Positions 7,480-16,739 of a stretch of DNA of 64,000 nucleotides are shown one piece after another; the first letter of the stretch is position 1; each line of letters starts with the position of its first letter. The stretch is from IMG/VR virus record IMGVR_UViG_3300043395_000558, positions 2,919 through 66,918 of that record; one strand, written 5' to 3'. The position numbers were made by a program, and so were the translations under genes. The notes under the pieces are model-generated. The model was not told where the DNA came from. It saw only the letters and a list, made by a program, of their open reading frames with translations, and did no database searches. This stretch comes from a virus.

Positions 7480-7514
7480 GAACTAAGTGTACACTGGGGA
7501 CACCGGGACCGCAA
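7466..7514. promoter_or_regulatory. Bidirectional sigma70-type promoter sharing a palindromic -10 (AGTGTACACT)
   Basis: Plus strand: TTGCAC(7466)-N18-TACACT(7490). Minus strand: TTGCGG(7514)-N17-TACACT(7491). Confidence 0.65.
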
Positions 7515-7535
7515 CCCGCATCCGTCTAAGGACAA

Positions 7536-8159
7536 ATGCTCGAACACCTGCTTGACTTCCAGCCTGAAGTTACATCCAGTACCGAGGCACCGCCCCCGGT
7601 AGAAAAAACTACGCCTATGCAGGCGCTGGATGGGAAGATTAATACTTCCGACTGGCTCAAATCCATGGGTGCGCCAGACAAAGAGGCTGTTGTATCCGAG
7701 CTAGAAAAGACCCAGGCCCGTGAAACATTCACGGCGCTCACCACCAACGCCCCCACCGCAGATGCACACGCCATGGTCTCCAAGCTGGAGACCCCGCAAG
7801 CTGTACGGCACCTGACAAGTATGCTCACCGCATACGACTGGGAATTTATACAGCAGGCAAAAGAGCTGCGCGGCTACGCAGTGGCCAAGATTCTGGAGGA
7901 GTGCGAGCACCCGACGGCGTCAATCCGGCTCAAAGCGCTGGCGCTCCTGGGTAAGGTGACCGAAGTCGGTTTGTTTACAGAAAAAATCGAGGTCAAGAAG
8001 ACCGACATGACCGAGGACGAGGTCGATCGCAGGTTGAAAGAGAAGCTCGCCAAGTTCATGGACGTGACGGATGTGCAGCCGATCGAGGACATTGACGTGA
8101 TTGATGTCGTGGCCACCCCCGCCCCACCGGAAGACGAACCGGAAAAGCCCAGTGAGTGA
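7536..8159 (+). CDS. Probable terminase small subunit
   Basis: Directly upstream of and overlapping TerL; ALALLGKV..VGLFTEKIEV motif typical of TerS C-termini. Confidence 0.6.
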   Translation: MLEHLLDFQPEVTSSTEAPPPVEKTTPMQALDGKINTSDWLKSMGAPDKEAVVSELEKTQARETFTALTTNAPTADAHAMVSKLETPQAVRHLTSMLTAYDWEFIQQAKELRGYAVAKILEECEHPTASIRLKALALLGKVTEVGLFTEKIEVKKTDMTEDEVDRRLKEKLAKFMDVTDVQPIEDIDVIDVVATPAPPEDEPEKPSE

Positions 8160-9684
8160 GAAGATCCTGACCCCCGAGGAGGCCACAGCCCTCTACCGCA
8201 GACTACCCACCATGGGTAAAGTGGAGAAATTGGAGACTTTGGACTTGTTGGACAAGCAAGAGCACTGGCGGGAGCTGAGAAAGAAGCGCCAGGACCCCAT
8301 CGAGTTCGCCAAACACGTCTATCCGGGGTTCAAGATCGGGCCACACCACAGGAAACTGGCCAAAATCTTCCAGGAAGTGATCTCCGGCCAGAAAAAACGC
8401 GTGATTATCAACATCGCGCCACGTATGGGTAAGTCGGAGTTCTCTTCCTACCTGTTCCCAGCGTTCTTTCTAGGTAATTACCCTGATAAAAAGATTATCA
8501 TGGGTACGCATACCGCTGGGTTGTCGGAGGACTTTGGCCGTAGGGTGCGGAACTTGATCGATTCGGAGGAGTACCGTGAGCTTTTTCCGAACACGCTGGT
8601 GGCGGACGACCAAAAGGCCGCCGGAAAATGGAGCACCAGCACTGGTGGCCAGTATTATGCTGCTGGTGTTGGCGGTGCTCTTGCTGGACGTGGTGCTGAT
8701 CTGTTCGTTATTGACGACCCTCATTCTGAACAGGACGTAAAGGCGAACTCTCGTCTCGCCTTTGATACCGCCTGGAGTTGGTTCCAGACCGGACCCTTGC
8801 AGCGTCTGATGCCGGGCGGGGCGATCATCATCGTGATGACACGCTGGGGCAAGCTCGACCTGACCGGACGCTTGATCGACTACCAAACGCGCAACCCGGA
8901 GTCGATACCCTGGGAGATCGTGGAGCTACCGGCCATCCTGCACGAGGGCACGGACAAGGAGAAGTCCTTGTGGCCAGAGCAGTGGCCACTGGCCACACTG
9001 AAGGCGACGAAGGCGTCGATCGACCCACAGTACTGGAACGCCCAGTACATGCAGCAGCCCACATCCAACAACGCGGCGATCATCAGCCGGAAACTGTGGC
9101 GGATCTGGGAGCCGGACGACCCACCCGAGTGCGACTACGTCATACAGTCCTGGGATACGGCGTTTGAGACCAAGACAAACTCCGACTACTCGGCGTGTAC
9201 GACATGGGGCGTCTTCTACAACGAGGAGGAAGACAGCAAGGCGCAGGTCATTCTCCTGGACGCGTTCAAGGACCGGATGGCGTTCCCGGAGTTGAAGCAG
9301 ATTGCGCTCAAACACTACAAGGAGTGGGAGCCGGACGCGTTCATCGTGGAAAAGAAGGCTGCCGGGGCACCGCTCATCCAGGAACTACGGAACATGGGCA
9401 TACCAGTCCAGGAGACGAACCCTAGCCGTGGCAACGACAAGATGGTACGATTGAACGCAGTGGCTGATCTGTTCGCATCCGGCATGGTGTGGGCGCCAGA
9501 CACACGCTGGGCGCGTGAGGTGATCGAGGAAGTGGCGTCGTTCCCCAACGGCGAGAACGATGACTTCGTGGATACCACCAGCCAGGCGTTGCTGAGATTC
9601 AGACAAGGTGGGTTTATTCGTCTGGACTCGGACGAACCGGATGAACCCAGATTTTTCAGACGCCGTAGCGCAGCATATTATTAG
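8152..9684 (+). CDS. terL: Terminase large subunit
   Basis: Walker A APRMGKS, Walker B FVIDDPH, MTRW coupling motif, nuclease motifs SWDTA and DDFVD; GTG start at 8152 likely. Confidence 0.95.
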   Translation: MSEKILTPEEATALYRRLPTMGKVEKLETLDLLDKQEHWRELRKKRQDPIEFAKHVYPGFKIGPHHRKLAKIFQEVISGQKKRVIINIAPRMGKSEFSSYLFPAFFLGNYPDKKIIMGTHTAGLSEDFGRRVRNLIDSEEYRELFPNTLVADDQKAAGKWSTSTGGQYYAAGVGGALAGRGADLFVIDDPHSEQDVKANSRLAFDTAWSWFQTGPLQRLMPGGAIIIVMTRWGKLDLTGRLIDYQTRNPESIPWEIVELPAILHEGTDKEKSLWPEQWPLATLKATKASIDPQYWNAQYMQQPTSNNAAIISRKLWRIWEPDDPPECDYVIQSWDTAFETKTNSDYSACTTWGVFYNEEEDSKAQVILLDAFKDRMAFPELKQIALKHYKEWEPDAFIVEKKAAGAPLIQELRNMGIPVQETNPSRGNDKMVRLNAVADLFASGMVWAPDTRWAREVIEEVASFPNGENDDFVDTTSQALLRFRQGGFIRLDSDEPDEPRFFRRRSAAYY

Positions 9685-9698
9685 AAAAGGGGAAAGCC

Positions 9699-10364
9699 AT
9701 GGATCGTCGCAACTTTTTGGGATTGCTGGTTGCCGGGGCGGCAACACCCTTGCTGCCCGCGCTTGCAGACACAACACCACCGCTAGCCAACACACAAATC
9801 TGGACTGCTGAGACCTTGGCGGTCGAGATGGAGAAGCTGTTTGCCTGCCGCATCGGCCCGGCTCAGGGGTTCTTTGAGATGGTGAAGGGTACGGATCAAA
9901 TTGTTGCGGGCGCGCCTGATGACACCCCACGCAAGATTGGGGAGCCGCCGGTAGTGGCAGATGACCGCGTGTATTTTGCCTACAGCACCTACGGCTTTGC
10001 TGTTGAGGGAGGAGAATCGTGGGAGGCCGAGCACAGACTAGCCCAAGAGTTTTACGCACGGTTCTCGCAGGTAGAGCAAAAGAATCTGGTCTGGCGCAGG
10101 AAGCCCTTGTTCGAGACCCAGGAGGTGGCCGAGTATGGCGCAACTTGGGCTACTCGTGAGCAGATTGAGGACGGGTTTATTGACCTGGCTGACAAACCCC
10201 CAGGCGTCGAGCTGGACCCAAACTGGGGCAACTACCGCTACGTGACACGCAAGTACCCATTGCATAGAATGACGATGCGGCTGGCCTTTACGGATCAGCC
10301 AAGCGAAGAAGAGTTGACTTCGCTTACCCCGCGACCTGAAGGCGCGACCCTACCAAGGATTTAA
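9699..10364 (+). CDS. Hypothetical protein with twin-arginine (Tat) signal peptide
   Basis: MDRRNFLG, hydrophobic stretch, ALA cleavage site; sits between terL and portal. Confidence 0.75.
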   Translation: MDRRNFLGLLVAGAATPLLPALADTTPPLANTQIWTAETLAVEMEKLFACRIGPAQGFFEMVKGTDQIVAGAPDDTPRKIGEPPVVADDRVYFAYSTYGFAVEGGESWEAEHRLAQEFYARFSQVEQKNLVWRRKPLFETQEVAEYGATWATREQIEDGFIDLADKPPGVELDPNWGNYRYVTRKYPLHRMTMRLAFTDQPSEEELTSLTPRPEGATLPRI

Positions 10365-10369
10365 TAATC

Positions 10370-12976
10370 ATGGCTACCAACATCGACAAGGCCTTATACC
10401 AAGCCCCTTCCAGCATGGAGGAGGACGCACTCGACGAGGAGCCGATCGAGATTGAGATCATTGACCCGGAAGCTGTGAACATCCACGCGGACGGACTAGA
10501 CATCTCCATCATGCCGGGCGAAGAGGACGAAGAGAGCTTCTCAGCAAACTTGGCCGAGACGATGGCCGAGGGCGCTATCGCCTCCCTGGCCGGAGACTTG
10601 TCAGCCGACATCGACCAGGACAAGCAGTCGCGCAAGGAGTGGGAGAAGTCGTACGTCGAGGGGTTGAAACTGTTGGGCCTCCAGTACGAGGAGCGCACGG
10701 AGCCGTGGCAAGGCGCGAGTGGCGTGTTCCACCCGATGATCACGGAAGCAATTGTCAGGTTCCAGTCAGAAAGCATAACGGAAACATTCCCCGCCCAAGG
10801 CCCGGTGCGGACCAAGATACTGGGTAAGGAGACGCCAGACAACAAGGCGGCTGCCAAGCGAGTTGAGGACGACCTGAACTACGAGCTGACGGATGTCATG
10901 CAAGAGTTCCGCCCCGAGCATGAGCGCATGCTGTGGTCTCTTCCCGCTACCGGCTCAGCGTTCAAGAAAGTCTACTACGACCCGAACCTGGGACGTCAGG
11001 TGTCGATGTTTATCCCGGCAGAGGACATCATCCTGCCGTACGGCACGTCAGACCTAGACAACTGCTACCGGCTTACGCACGTCATGCGTAAGACCAAGAA
11101 CGAGATCATCAAGCTCCAGCAAGCCGGGTTCTACCGCGACATTGAGCTACCGGACCCCACGCACAGTCAGGACGACATCAAGAAAGCCAAGGACAAAGAG
11201 ACGGGCTTCAGCGACATCGACGACGATCGTTACGTGCTGCTGGAGTGCCATGTTGACTTGGTGCTGCCGGGGGATGAAGATGAGGACGGTGACGGCGAAG
11301 AGACGGGAATCGCGCTGCCATACGTAGTAACCCTTATCAAAGGATCGAACGATGTCTTGGCCATCCGACGCAACTGGCGAGAAGAGGACCCCCTCAAACT
11401 CAAGCGACAGCACTTCGTCCACTACCAATACATCCCCGGTTTCGGAGCCTACGGTTTCGGCCTCTTCCACCTCATCGGCGGGTTTGCCAAGTCTGCAACC
11501 TCCATCATGCGCCAGCTGGTGGATGCGGGTACCCTATCGAACCTGCCCGGGGGACTCAAAACCCGTGGGCTTCGGATTAAAGGTGATGACACGCCGATTG
11601 CCCCGGGGGAATGGCGGGATGTAGACATCAGCTCTGGGGCGCTGCGTGACAGCATCATGCCCCTGCCGTACAAGGAGCCAAGCGCTACCCTGTACAACCT
11701 GCTGACCACGATCGTCGACGAGGGTCGTCGCTTTGCCGCAACAGCCGACATGAAGGTGTCGGACATGTCCGCCCAGGCCCCAGTGGGTACAACGCTGGCC
11801 CTCTTGGAGCGGCAACTCAAAGTGATGACGGCGGTCCAGGCCCGCTTGCACTACAGCTTCAAGCAAGAATTGAAGCTGCTGGTCAAGATCATCGAGGACT
11901 ACACCGACCCCGACTACGACTACCAGCCGGAAGAAGGCCGTCGCACGGCCCGCAAGGAAGACTACTCCAAGGTCGACATCATTCCGGTGAGCGACCCCAA
12001 CGCTGCGACGATGTCGCAAAGAGTCGTTCAATACCAAGCCGTCATCCAGATGGCGCAGATGGCGCCGGACATTTACGACTTGCCGCAGCTGCACCGCCGC
12101 ATGCTGGAGGTGCTGGGTGTGAAGCACGCTGAGAAGCTCGTGCCCCTGCCGGATGACCAGAAGCCCCGCGACCCGGTGGCAGAGAACATGGCTGTCTTGA
12201 AAGGCGAGCCGGTCAAGGCGTTCATGTACCAGGACCACGAGGCGCACATCAAGGTACACATGGCCGCGATGCAGGACCCGCTGATCATGCAGTTGATTGG
12301 CCAGAACCCCCGCGCCCCGCAGATGCAAGCAGCGATGCAAGCGCACATTGCCGAGCACGTTGGGTTTGGCTATCGCCAGAAGATCGAGCAGCAGCTTGGT
12401 ATGCCCTTGCCCCCGGAGGACGAGAAGTTGCCGCCCGAGGTCGAGACGGCTCTGTCTGGCATGATGGCCCAGGCAGCACAGCAGGTATTGCAGCAGAACC
12501 AGGCGCAGGCGCAACAGCAGCAAGCCCAGCAGCAGGCCCAGGACCCGGTGCTCCAGCTTCAAAAACAAGAAATAGCTATTCGCCAGAAGGAAGCCGACAT
12601 CAAGCAGCAGAAGGTTGTGCAGGACGGCCAGATTGCGCAGAAGAAGCTCCAGCAGGAAGCAGCCAAGTCTTTGGCACAGATTCAGTTGGAGAAGCAGCGC
12701 ACCGCCGCGCAGCTGCTGCAACGCCAGAACATCGACAGCCGTCGCCTAAATGTGGACGCGACCAAAGCGGCCATCGACGCGCGTCGAGACACCGGGCGGT
12801 TCGATGCCGAGGCCGCACGCATGGAGCAGGAGATGGCTGCACGCAGCCACGCACAGGATCTGGAGCATCGCCAAGCGGCGCATGACCAGAAGTTGCGTCA
12901 CCAAGAGTCCCAGGCGCGAGCCCGGGCCAAGATGATGCGTGAACAAGCCCAAACCAAGGAGAAGCCAACTAAATGA
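10370..12976 (+). CDS. Portal protein (P22-like, long C-terminal coiled coil)
   Basis: 868 aa, follows terminase; GSAFKKVYYD, YGFGL motifs; Gln-rich barrel region. Confidence 0.88.
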   Translation: MATNIDKALYQAPSSMEEDALDEEPIEIEIIDPEAVNIHADGLDISIMPGEEDEESFSANLAETMAEGAIASLAGDLSADIDQDKQSRKEWEKSYVEGLKLLGLQYEERTEPWQGASGVFHPMITEAIVRFQSESITETFPAQGPVRTKILGKETPDNKAAAKRVEDDLNYELTDVMQEFRPEHERMLWSLPATGSAFKKVYYDPNLGRQVSMFIPAEDIILPYGTSDLDNCYRLTHVMRKTKNEIIKLQQAGFYRDIELPDPTHSQDDIKKAKDKETGFSDIDDDRYVLLECHVDLVLPGDEDEDGDGEETGIALPYVVTLIKGSNDVLAIRRNWREEDPLKLKRQHFVHYQYIPGFGAYGFGLFHLIGGFAKSATSIMRQLVDAGTLSNLPGGLKTRGLRIKGDDTPIAPGEWRDVDISSGALRDSIMPLPYKEPSATLYNLLTTIVDEGRRFAATADMKVSDMSAQAPVGTTLALLERQLKVMTAVQARLHYSFKQELKLLVKIIEDYTDPDYDYQPEEGRRTARKEDYSKVDIIPVSDPNAATMSQRVVQYQAVIQMAQMAPDIYDLPQLHRRMLEVLGVKHAEKLVPLPDDQKPRDPVAENMAVLKGEPVKAFMYQDHEAHIKVHMAAMQDPLIMQLIGQNPRAPQMQAAMQAHIAEHVGFGYRQKIEQQLGMPLPPEDEKLPPEVETALSGMMAQAAQQVLQQNQAQAQQQQAQQQAQDPVLQLQKQEIAIRQKEADIKQQKVVQDGQIAQKKLQQEAAKSLAQIQLEKQRTAAQLLQRQNIDSRRLNVDATKAAIDARRDTGRFDAEAARMEQEMAARSHAQDLEHRQAAHDQKLRHQESQARARAKMMREQAQTKEKPTK

Positions 12977-13167
12977 TCCAAGACTTCGCACGCGTATTGC
13001 GCGAACAAATACGCAGCGACCTGAACAACTACGCGGACGACTTGGCGGGTGGTTCATGTCAATCTTTTGAGCAGTATCAAAAACTCTGCGGCGTCATCCA
13101 GGGTCTGGCGATGGCAGAGCGTTACATCATTGACCTTGCAGAGAAAGTCGAAAAAGCAGATGAGTGA
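12973..13167 (+). CDS. Small conserved head-module protein
   Basis: ATGA overlap with portal; EQYQKLCGVIQGL. Confidence 0.75.
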   Translation: MIQDFARVLREQIRSDLNNYADDLAGGSCQSFEQYQKLCGVIQGLAMAERYIIDLAEKVEKADE

Positions 13168-13594
13168 AATCCTCTTGCCCCCGGGCATTCAGTTGCCCAA
13201 GCACATCCAGCCCGTAGACCAACCGGACGAAGGCGCGGATGATGACACCAAGGCGTCAGCCTTGCCAATCCCAGCTGGCCACAAGCTGCTGTGTATCGTG
13301 CCCGAGGTCGATGAAAAGATCGCTGGTACGAGTCTCGACCTGGTTCGAGACGCTGCGACCATACGTCAAGAAGAACACGCCACCACGGTGTTGTTTGTTT
13401 TGCGCATGGGCGCGTCTGCCTACAAAGACCCGGAACGGTTCCCCACCGGCCCCTGGTGTAAAGAGGGAGACTTCATTCTTGTTCGTACCTATACCGGTAC
13501 GCGTTTCAAGATCTTTGGCAAAGAGTTCCGCGTGATCAATGACGATCAGGTGGAATGTGTTGTGCAAGATCCTCGTGGGATCACCCGCGCTTAA
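13160..13594 (+). CDS. groES: GroES-like co-chaperonin
   Basis: PAGHKLL, WCKEGDFILV, FRVINDDQV match the Cpn10 pattern; located in the head module. Confidence 0.8.
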   Translation: MSEILLPPGIQLPKHIQPVDQPDEGADDDTKASALPIPAGHKLLCIVPEVDEKIAGTSLDLVRDAATIRQEEHATTVLFVLRMGASAYKDPERFPTGPWCKEGDFILVRTYTGTRFKIFGKEFRVINDDQVECVVQDPRGITRA

Positions 13595-13605
13595 AGGAGT
13601 GTTAG

Positions 13606-14577
13606 ATGCCTGACGCATACAAGTTTCCAGACGAACTGGAAGAAGAAAATCAGCAGTCCGCCCCGGCGGATGACGTCGAGATCACCGTCGCCGGAGATGA
13701 CGTTGAGATCGAGATCGTAGACGACACCCCTGAAAAGGATCGTGGCCGTCGTCCTCTGGACCGCGAAGTTGCGGACCCCACGGACGATGAGATTGAGTCG
13801 TATACCCAGGGTGCGCAGAAACGCATCAAGGAACTGACCCACGCCCGCCACGACGAGCGCCGAGCCAAGGAAGCCCTGGCTCGTGAGAAAGAGGAGCTTG
13901 AGCGTCTTGCTCAGCACATGATCGAGGAGAACAAACGCCTCAAGGCGTACGTGGACTCCGGTACCCAGCAGTACATGACCATGGCCAACCAGGCGGCGGA
14001 AGCCAAGTTGGAAAAAGCCAGGCGTGACCTGAAAGCTGCACAGGAAGCCTTTGACGCTGACGCCATCGTTGCCGCCCAGGAAGCCCTGGCCGAGGCCACG
14101 TGGGAAGTAAAGAGTGCAAAAAATTTCAAAGCACCCCCTTTACAGCGCGAAGAACCTGTAGTACAAACTACTCCATCGCAACCCCAACGGGTTCAAGCCG
14201 ACGAAAAGACCCTGCGCTGGCAGGCAAAAAACCAGTGGTTCGGCGCCCAGGGATTCGAGGAAATCACCAGCTACGCACTAGGGCTGCATCAAAAGCTAGT
14301 CAACAACGGGGTAGACCCCCGCTCCGATGAGTATTTCGAGCAAATTGACGCTCGCGTGAAGTCAACGTTCCCCGAGGTTTTCGGTGGTAAAAGAGACGAG
14401 CCGTCCCGTACGGTTGAGACTTCGGCAAGGAAACCTGCCGCAGTGGTCGCACCCGCGACTCGCACAACTGGAGCGAAGAAAGTACAACTAACGCCGTCAC
14501 AAGCTGCGTTAATCAAAAAGTACAACCTGGACCCCAAGAAGTATGTGGCTGAAGTTCTAAAACTGGAGAATCAATAA
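13606..14577 (+). CDS. Capsid scaffolding protein
   Basis: Acidic N-terminus, coiled coil (QKRIKELT), short C-terminal helical capsid-binding element. Confidence 0.7.
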   Translation: MPDAYKFPDELEEENQQSAPADDVEITVAGDDVEIEIVDDTPEKDRGRRPLDREVADPTDDEIESYTQGAQKRIKELTHARHDERRAKEALAREKEELERLAQHMIEENKRLKAYVDSGTQQYMTMANQAAEAKLEKARRDLKAAQEAFDADAIVAAQEALAEATWEVKSAKNFKAPPLQREEPVVQTTPSQPQRVQADEKTLRWQAKNQWFGAQGFEEITSYALGLHQKLVNNGVDPRSDEYFEQIDARVKSTFPEVFGGKRDEPSRTVETSARKPAAVVAPATRTTGAKKVQLTPSQAALIKKYNLDPKKYVAEVLKLENQ

Positions 14578-15029
14578 TGGCTGAAAACCGTACCCCTCGT
14601 GACCTGGAGTCACGCGCAAAAACCGCTCGGGCTGTATACGTACCGCCCACAAACTTGCCCGATCCGACCCCCGAACCTGGGTATTTGTATCGCTGGGTAG
14701 CGACACACATCCTGGGCCAGGCGGAACACACCAACGTGAGTCGTAAGATGCGCGAAGGGTGGGAGCCGGTGAAGGCAGTTGATCATCCTGAACTTATGCT
14801 GCTCGGTAACGAAAAGACCGGAAACGTGGAAATTGGAGGCCTCATGCTCTGCAAGATGCCGATCGAACAAGCCCGTGCCCGCGATGAGTACTACTCCAAG
14901 CAAGCGCAAGATCAGATGAACTCAGTGGACAACCACTTCATGCGAAACAATGACCCGCGCATGCCTCTGTTCTCGGACCGCAAGTCCTCGTCCAGTCGCG
15001 GAAACGGGTTTGGTTCTGGTTCTAAATAA
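14577..15029 (+). CDS. Conserved head-module protein
   Basis: PGYLYRWV, EGWEPV, GGLMLCKMP; between scaffold and capsid genes. Confidence 0.75.
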   Translation: MAENRTPRDLESRAKTARAVYVPPTNLPDPTPEPGYLYRWVATHILGQAEHTNVSRKMREGWEPVKAVDHPELMLLGNEKTGNVEIGGLMLCKMPIEQARARDEYYSKQAQDQMNSVDNHFMRNNDPRMPLFSDRKSSSSRGNGFGSGSK

Positions 15030-15043
15030 CAGGAGTTTTTAAC

Positions 15044-15643
15044 ATGGCTTATCCCTCAGTAGCCGCTCCGTACGGCTTCAAGCCAATTAACCGTCTAGAC
15101 GGTATGCCCTATGCTGGCGCAACTCGGAAACTTCCGATCGCCAACACTGCTGGCGCCATCTACTTCGGTGACTTGGTTTCGATTACGGCTGGCGGTACCG
15201 TTGCTCAGTTCGCAGGCACCACCACGGGTTCTCCCGCCGGTGTGTTCATGGGCTGTTCATACACCAACCCCACGACCAAGCAGCCCACCTGGGCTCAATA
15301 CTGGCCCGCAAACACGGCTATCACCGACGCGCAGGCTATTATTGTTGATGACCCCTATGCAGCCTTCCAGGTTGTTGTGACTACCGCTGGTAGCGCGGTC
15401 AACTACGCTTATGCCGACTCTGTCGGTTCCAACATGTCTATCATCATCGGGACTGGTAATACCACCACCGGTGACTCTGGCATGTCCGTTTTGGCTGGTA
15501 GCCAAGACACCACCAGCACCCTGCCCATCCGTGTTATTGACGTCGTTCCGGCCTCGTCTTACACGACCGGCGGTAACGTTGTGTACCCCGAGATTATCGT
15601 CAAGATCAATCTCCATCAGTACAACAACACCACTGGCGTCTGA
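15044..15643 (+). CDS. Head decoration/cement protein
   Basis: Beta-rich 199 aa directly upstream of the MCP. Confidence 0.6.
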   Translation: MAYPSVAAPYGFKPINRLDGMPYAGATRKLPIANTAGAIYFGDLVSITAGGTVAQFAGTTTGSPAGVFMGCSYTNPTTKQPTWAQYWPANTAITDAQAIIVDDPYAAFQVVVTTAGSAVNYAYADSVGSNMSIIIGTGNTTTGDSGMSVLAGSQDTTSTLPIRVIDVVPASSYTTGGNVVYPEIIVKINLHQYNNTTGV

Positions 15644-15659
15644 TAAGGAGTAACACAAA

Positions 15660-16589
15660 ATGGCTATTTCACGCGCACAACTGCTCAAGGAACTGCTCCC
15701 CGGCCTGAACGCTCTGTTCGGCATGGAGTACGCCCGTTACGGCGAAGAGCACAAGGAAATCTACGAGACCGAGAAGTCGGAGCGTAGCTTTGAAGAAGAA
15801 ACCAAGCTGGCTGGCTTCAGTGCAGCGCCGGTGAAGAACGAAGGTTCTGCCATTGCTTATGACAATGCGCAGGAAGCGTTCACCGCCCGCTACACCCACG
15901 AGACCATCGCCTTGGGCTTCTCGATCACCGAAGAGGCGATCGAAGACAACCTGTACGACAGCCTGTCTGCTCGTTACACCAAGGCCCTGGCCCGCGCCAT
16001 GTCCTACACCAAGCAGGTGAAAGCCGCCTCCGTTATCAACAACGGTTTCAGCGGTTCGTACCTGGGCGGTGACGGCGTGTCGCTGTTCGGTGTTAGCGCT
16101 GGCGGCAGCCGCGTGGGTCACCCCCTGGTTAACGGTGGTGTGAACTACAACAGCCCGACCGTGGCCGTTGACCTGAACGAGACCTCCTTGGAAAACGCTG
16201 TGATCCAGATCGCTGCGTGGACCGATGAACGTGGTCTGCTGATCGCTGCCAAGCCGCGTAAGATGGTTGTTCCCCCGGCACTGATGTTCGTTGCCAAGCG
16301 TCTGCTTGACACCGAGCTGCGTGTTGGTACGAACGACAACGACATCAACGCGCTGAAGCAGATGGGTGCTGTGCCGGAAGGTTACACCGTCAACCACTTC
16401 TTGACCGATAGCAACGCTTGGTTCCTGTTGACCGACGTGCCCAACGGCATGAAGCACTTCGAGCGTATGCCCCTGGCTAACTCGATGGACGGCGACTTTG
16501 ACACTGGCAACGTCCGCTACAAGGCCCGCGAGCGTTATTCGTTCGGCTGGTCTGATCCCCTGGGAATTTGGGGCTCTGCCGGAGCGTAA
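15660..16589 (+). CDS. Major capsid protein (Mu gpT-like, HK97 fold)
   Basis: MAISRAQLLKELLPGL...RYSFGWSDP; strong RBS; followed by a terminator. Confidence 0.9.
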   Translation: MAISRAQLLKELLPGLNALFGMEYARYGEEHKEIYETEKSERSFEEETKLAGFSAAPVKNEGSAIAYDNAQEAFTARYTHETIALGFSITEEAIEDNLYDSLSARYTKALARAMSYTKQVKAASVINNGFSGSYLGGDGVSLFGVSAGGSRVGHPLVNGGVNYNSPTVAVDLNETSLENAVIQIAAWTDERGLLIAAKPRKMVVPPALMFVAKRLLDTELRVGTNDNDINALKQMGAVPEGYTVNHFLTDSNAWFLLTDVPNGMKHFERMPLANSMDGDFDTGNVRYKARERYSFGWSDPLGIWGSAGA

Positions 16590-16640
16590 TAAATCCTTCG
16601 GGATTTATGAGAAGGGGGCCTTGTGCCCCCTTTTCTTTTG
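16589..16640 (+). terminator. UUCG hairpin followed by a rho-independent terminator
   Basis: ATAAATCC-TTCG-GGATTTAT, then AAGGGGGC-CTTGT-GCCCCCTT-TTCTTTT. Confidence 0.85.
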
Positions 16641-16654
16641 ATGTATATTGCGAC

Positions 16655-16730
16655 AAACCAGGGTTCCTGGTGCATCAAACTGACCTGGCAGACGACGTAC
16701 CGATTGATGCACTGATCTTGTACGTAAGGA
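16655..16730 (+). ncRNA. Pseudoknotted RNA downstream of the capsid gene, probably the Mu-gpT-DE motif
   Basis: Three interlocked helices (16658-62/16684-88, 16670-78/16704-12, 16695-700/16720-25); location matches the described motif. Confidence 0.65.
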
Positions 16731-16739
16731 CAATTTATC

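Noticed and set aside
7372-7602. 76-aa plus-strand ORF over the control region
   Set aside because: TTG start without RBS; crosses the terminator, promoter and terS start; the GGAGAAAGCAAA inside it is followed by GGG, not ATG
11534-12721. 395-aa antisense ORF in the portal gene (and similar ones in the MCP and nozzle genes)
   Set aside because: Codon-bias shadows of well-supported plus-strand genes
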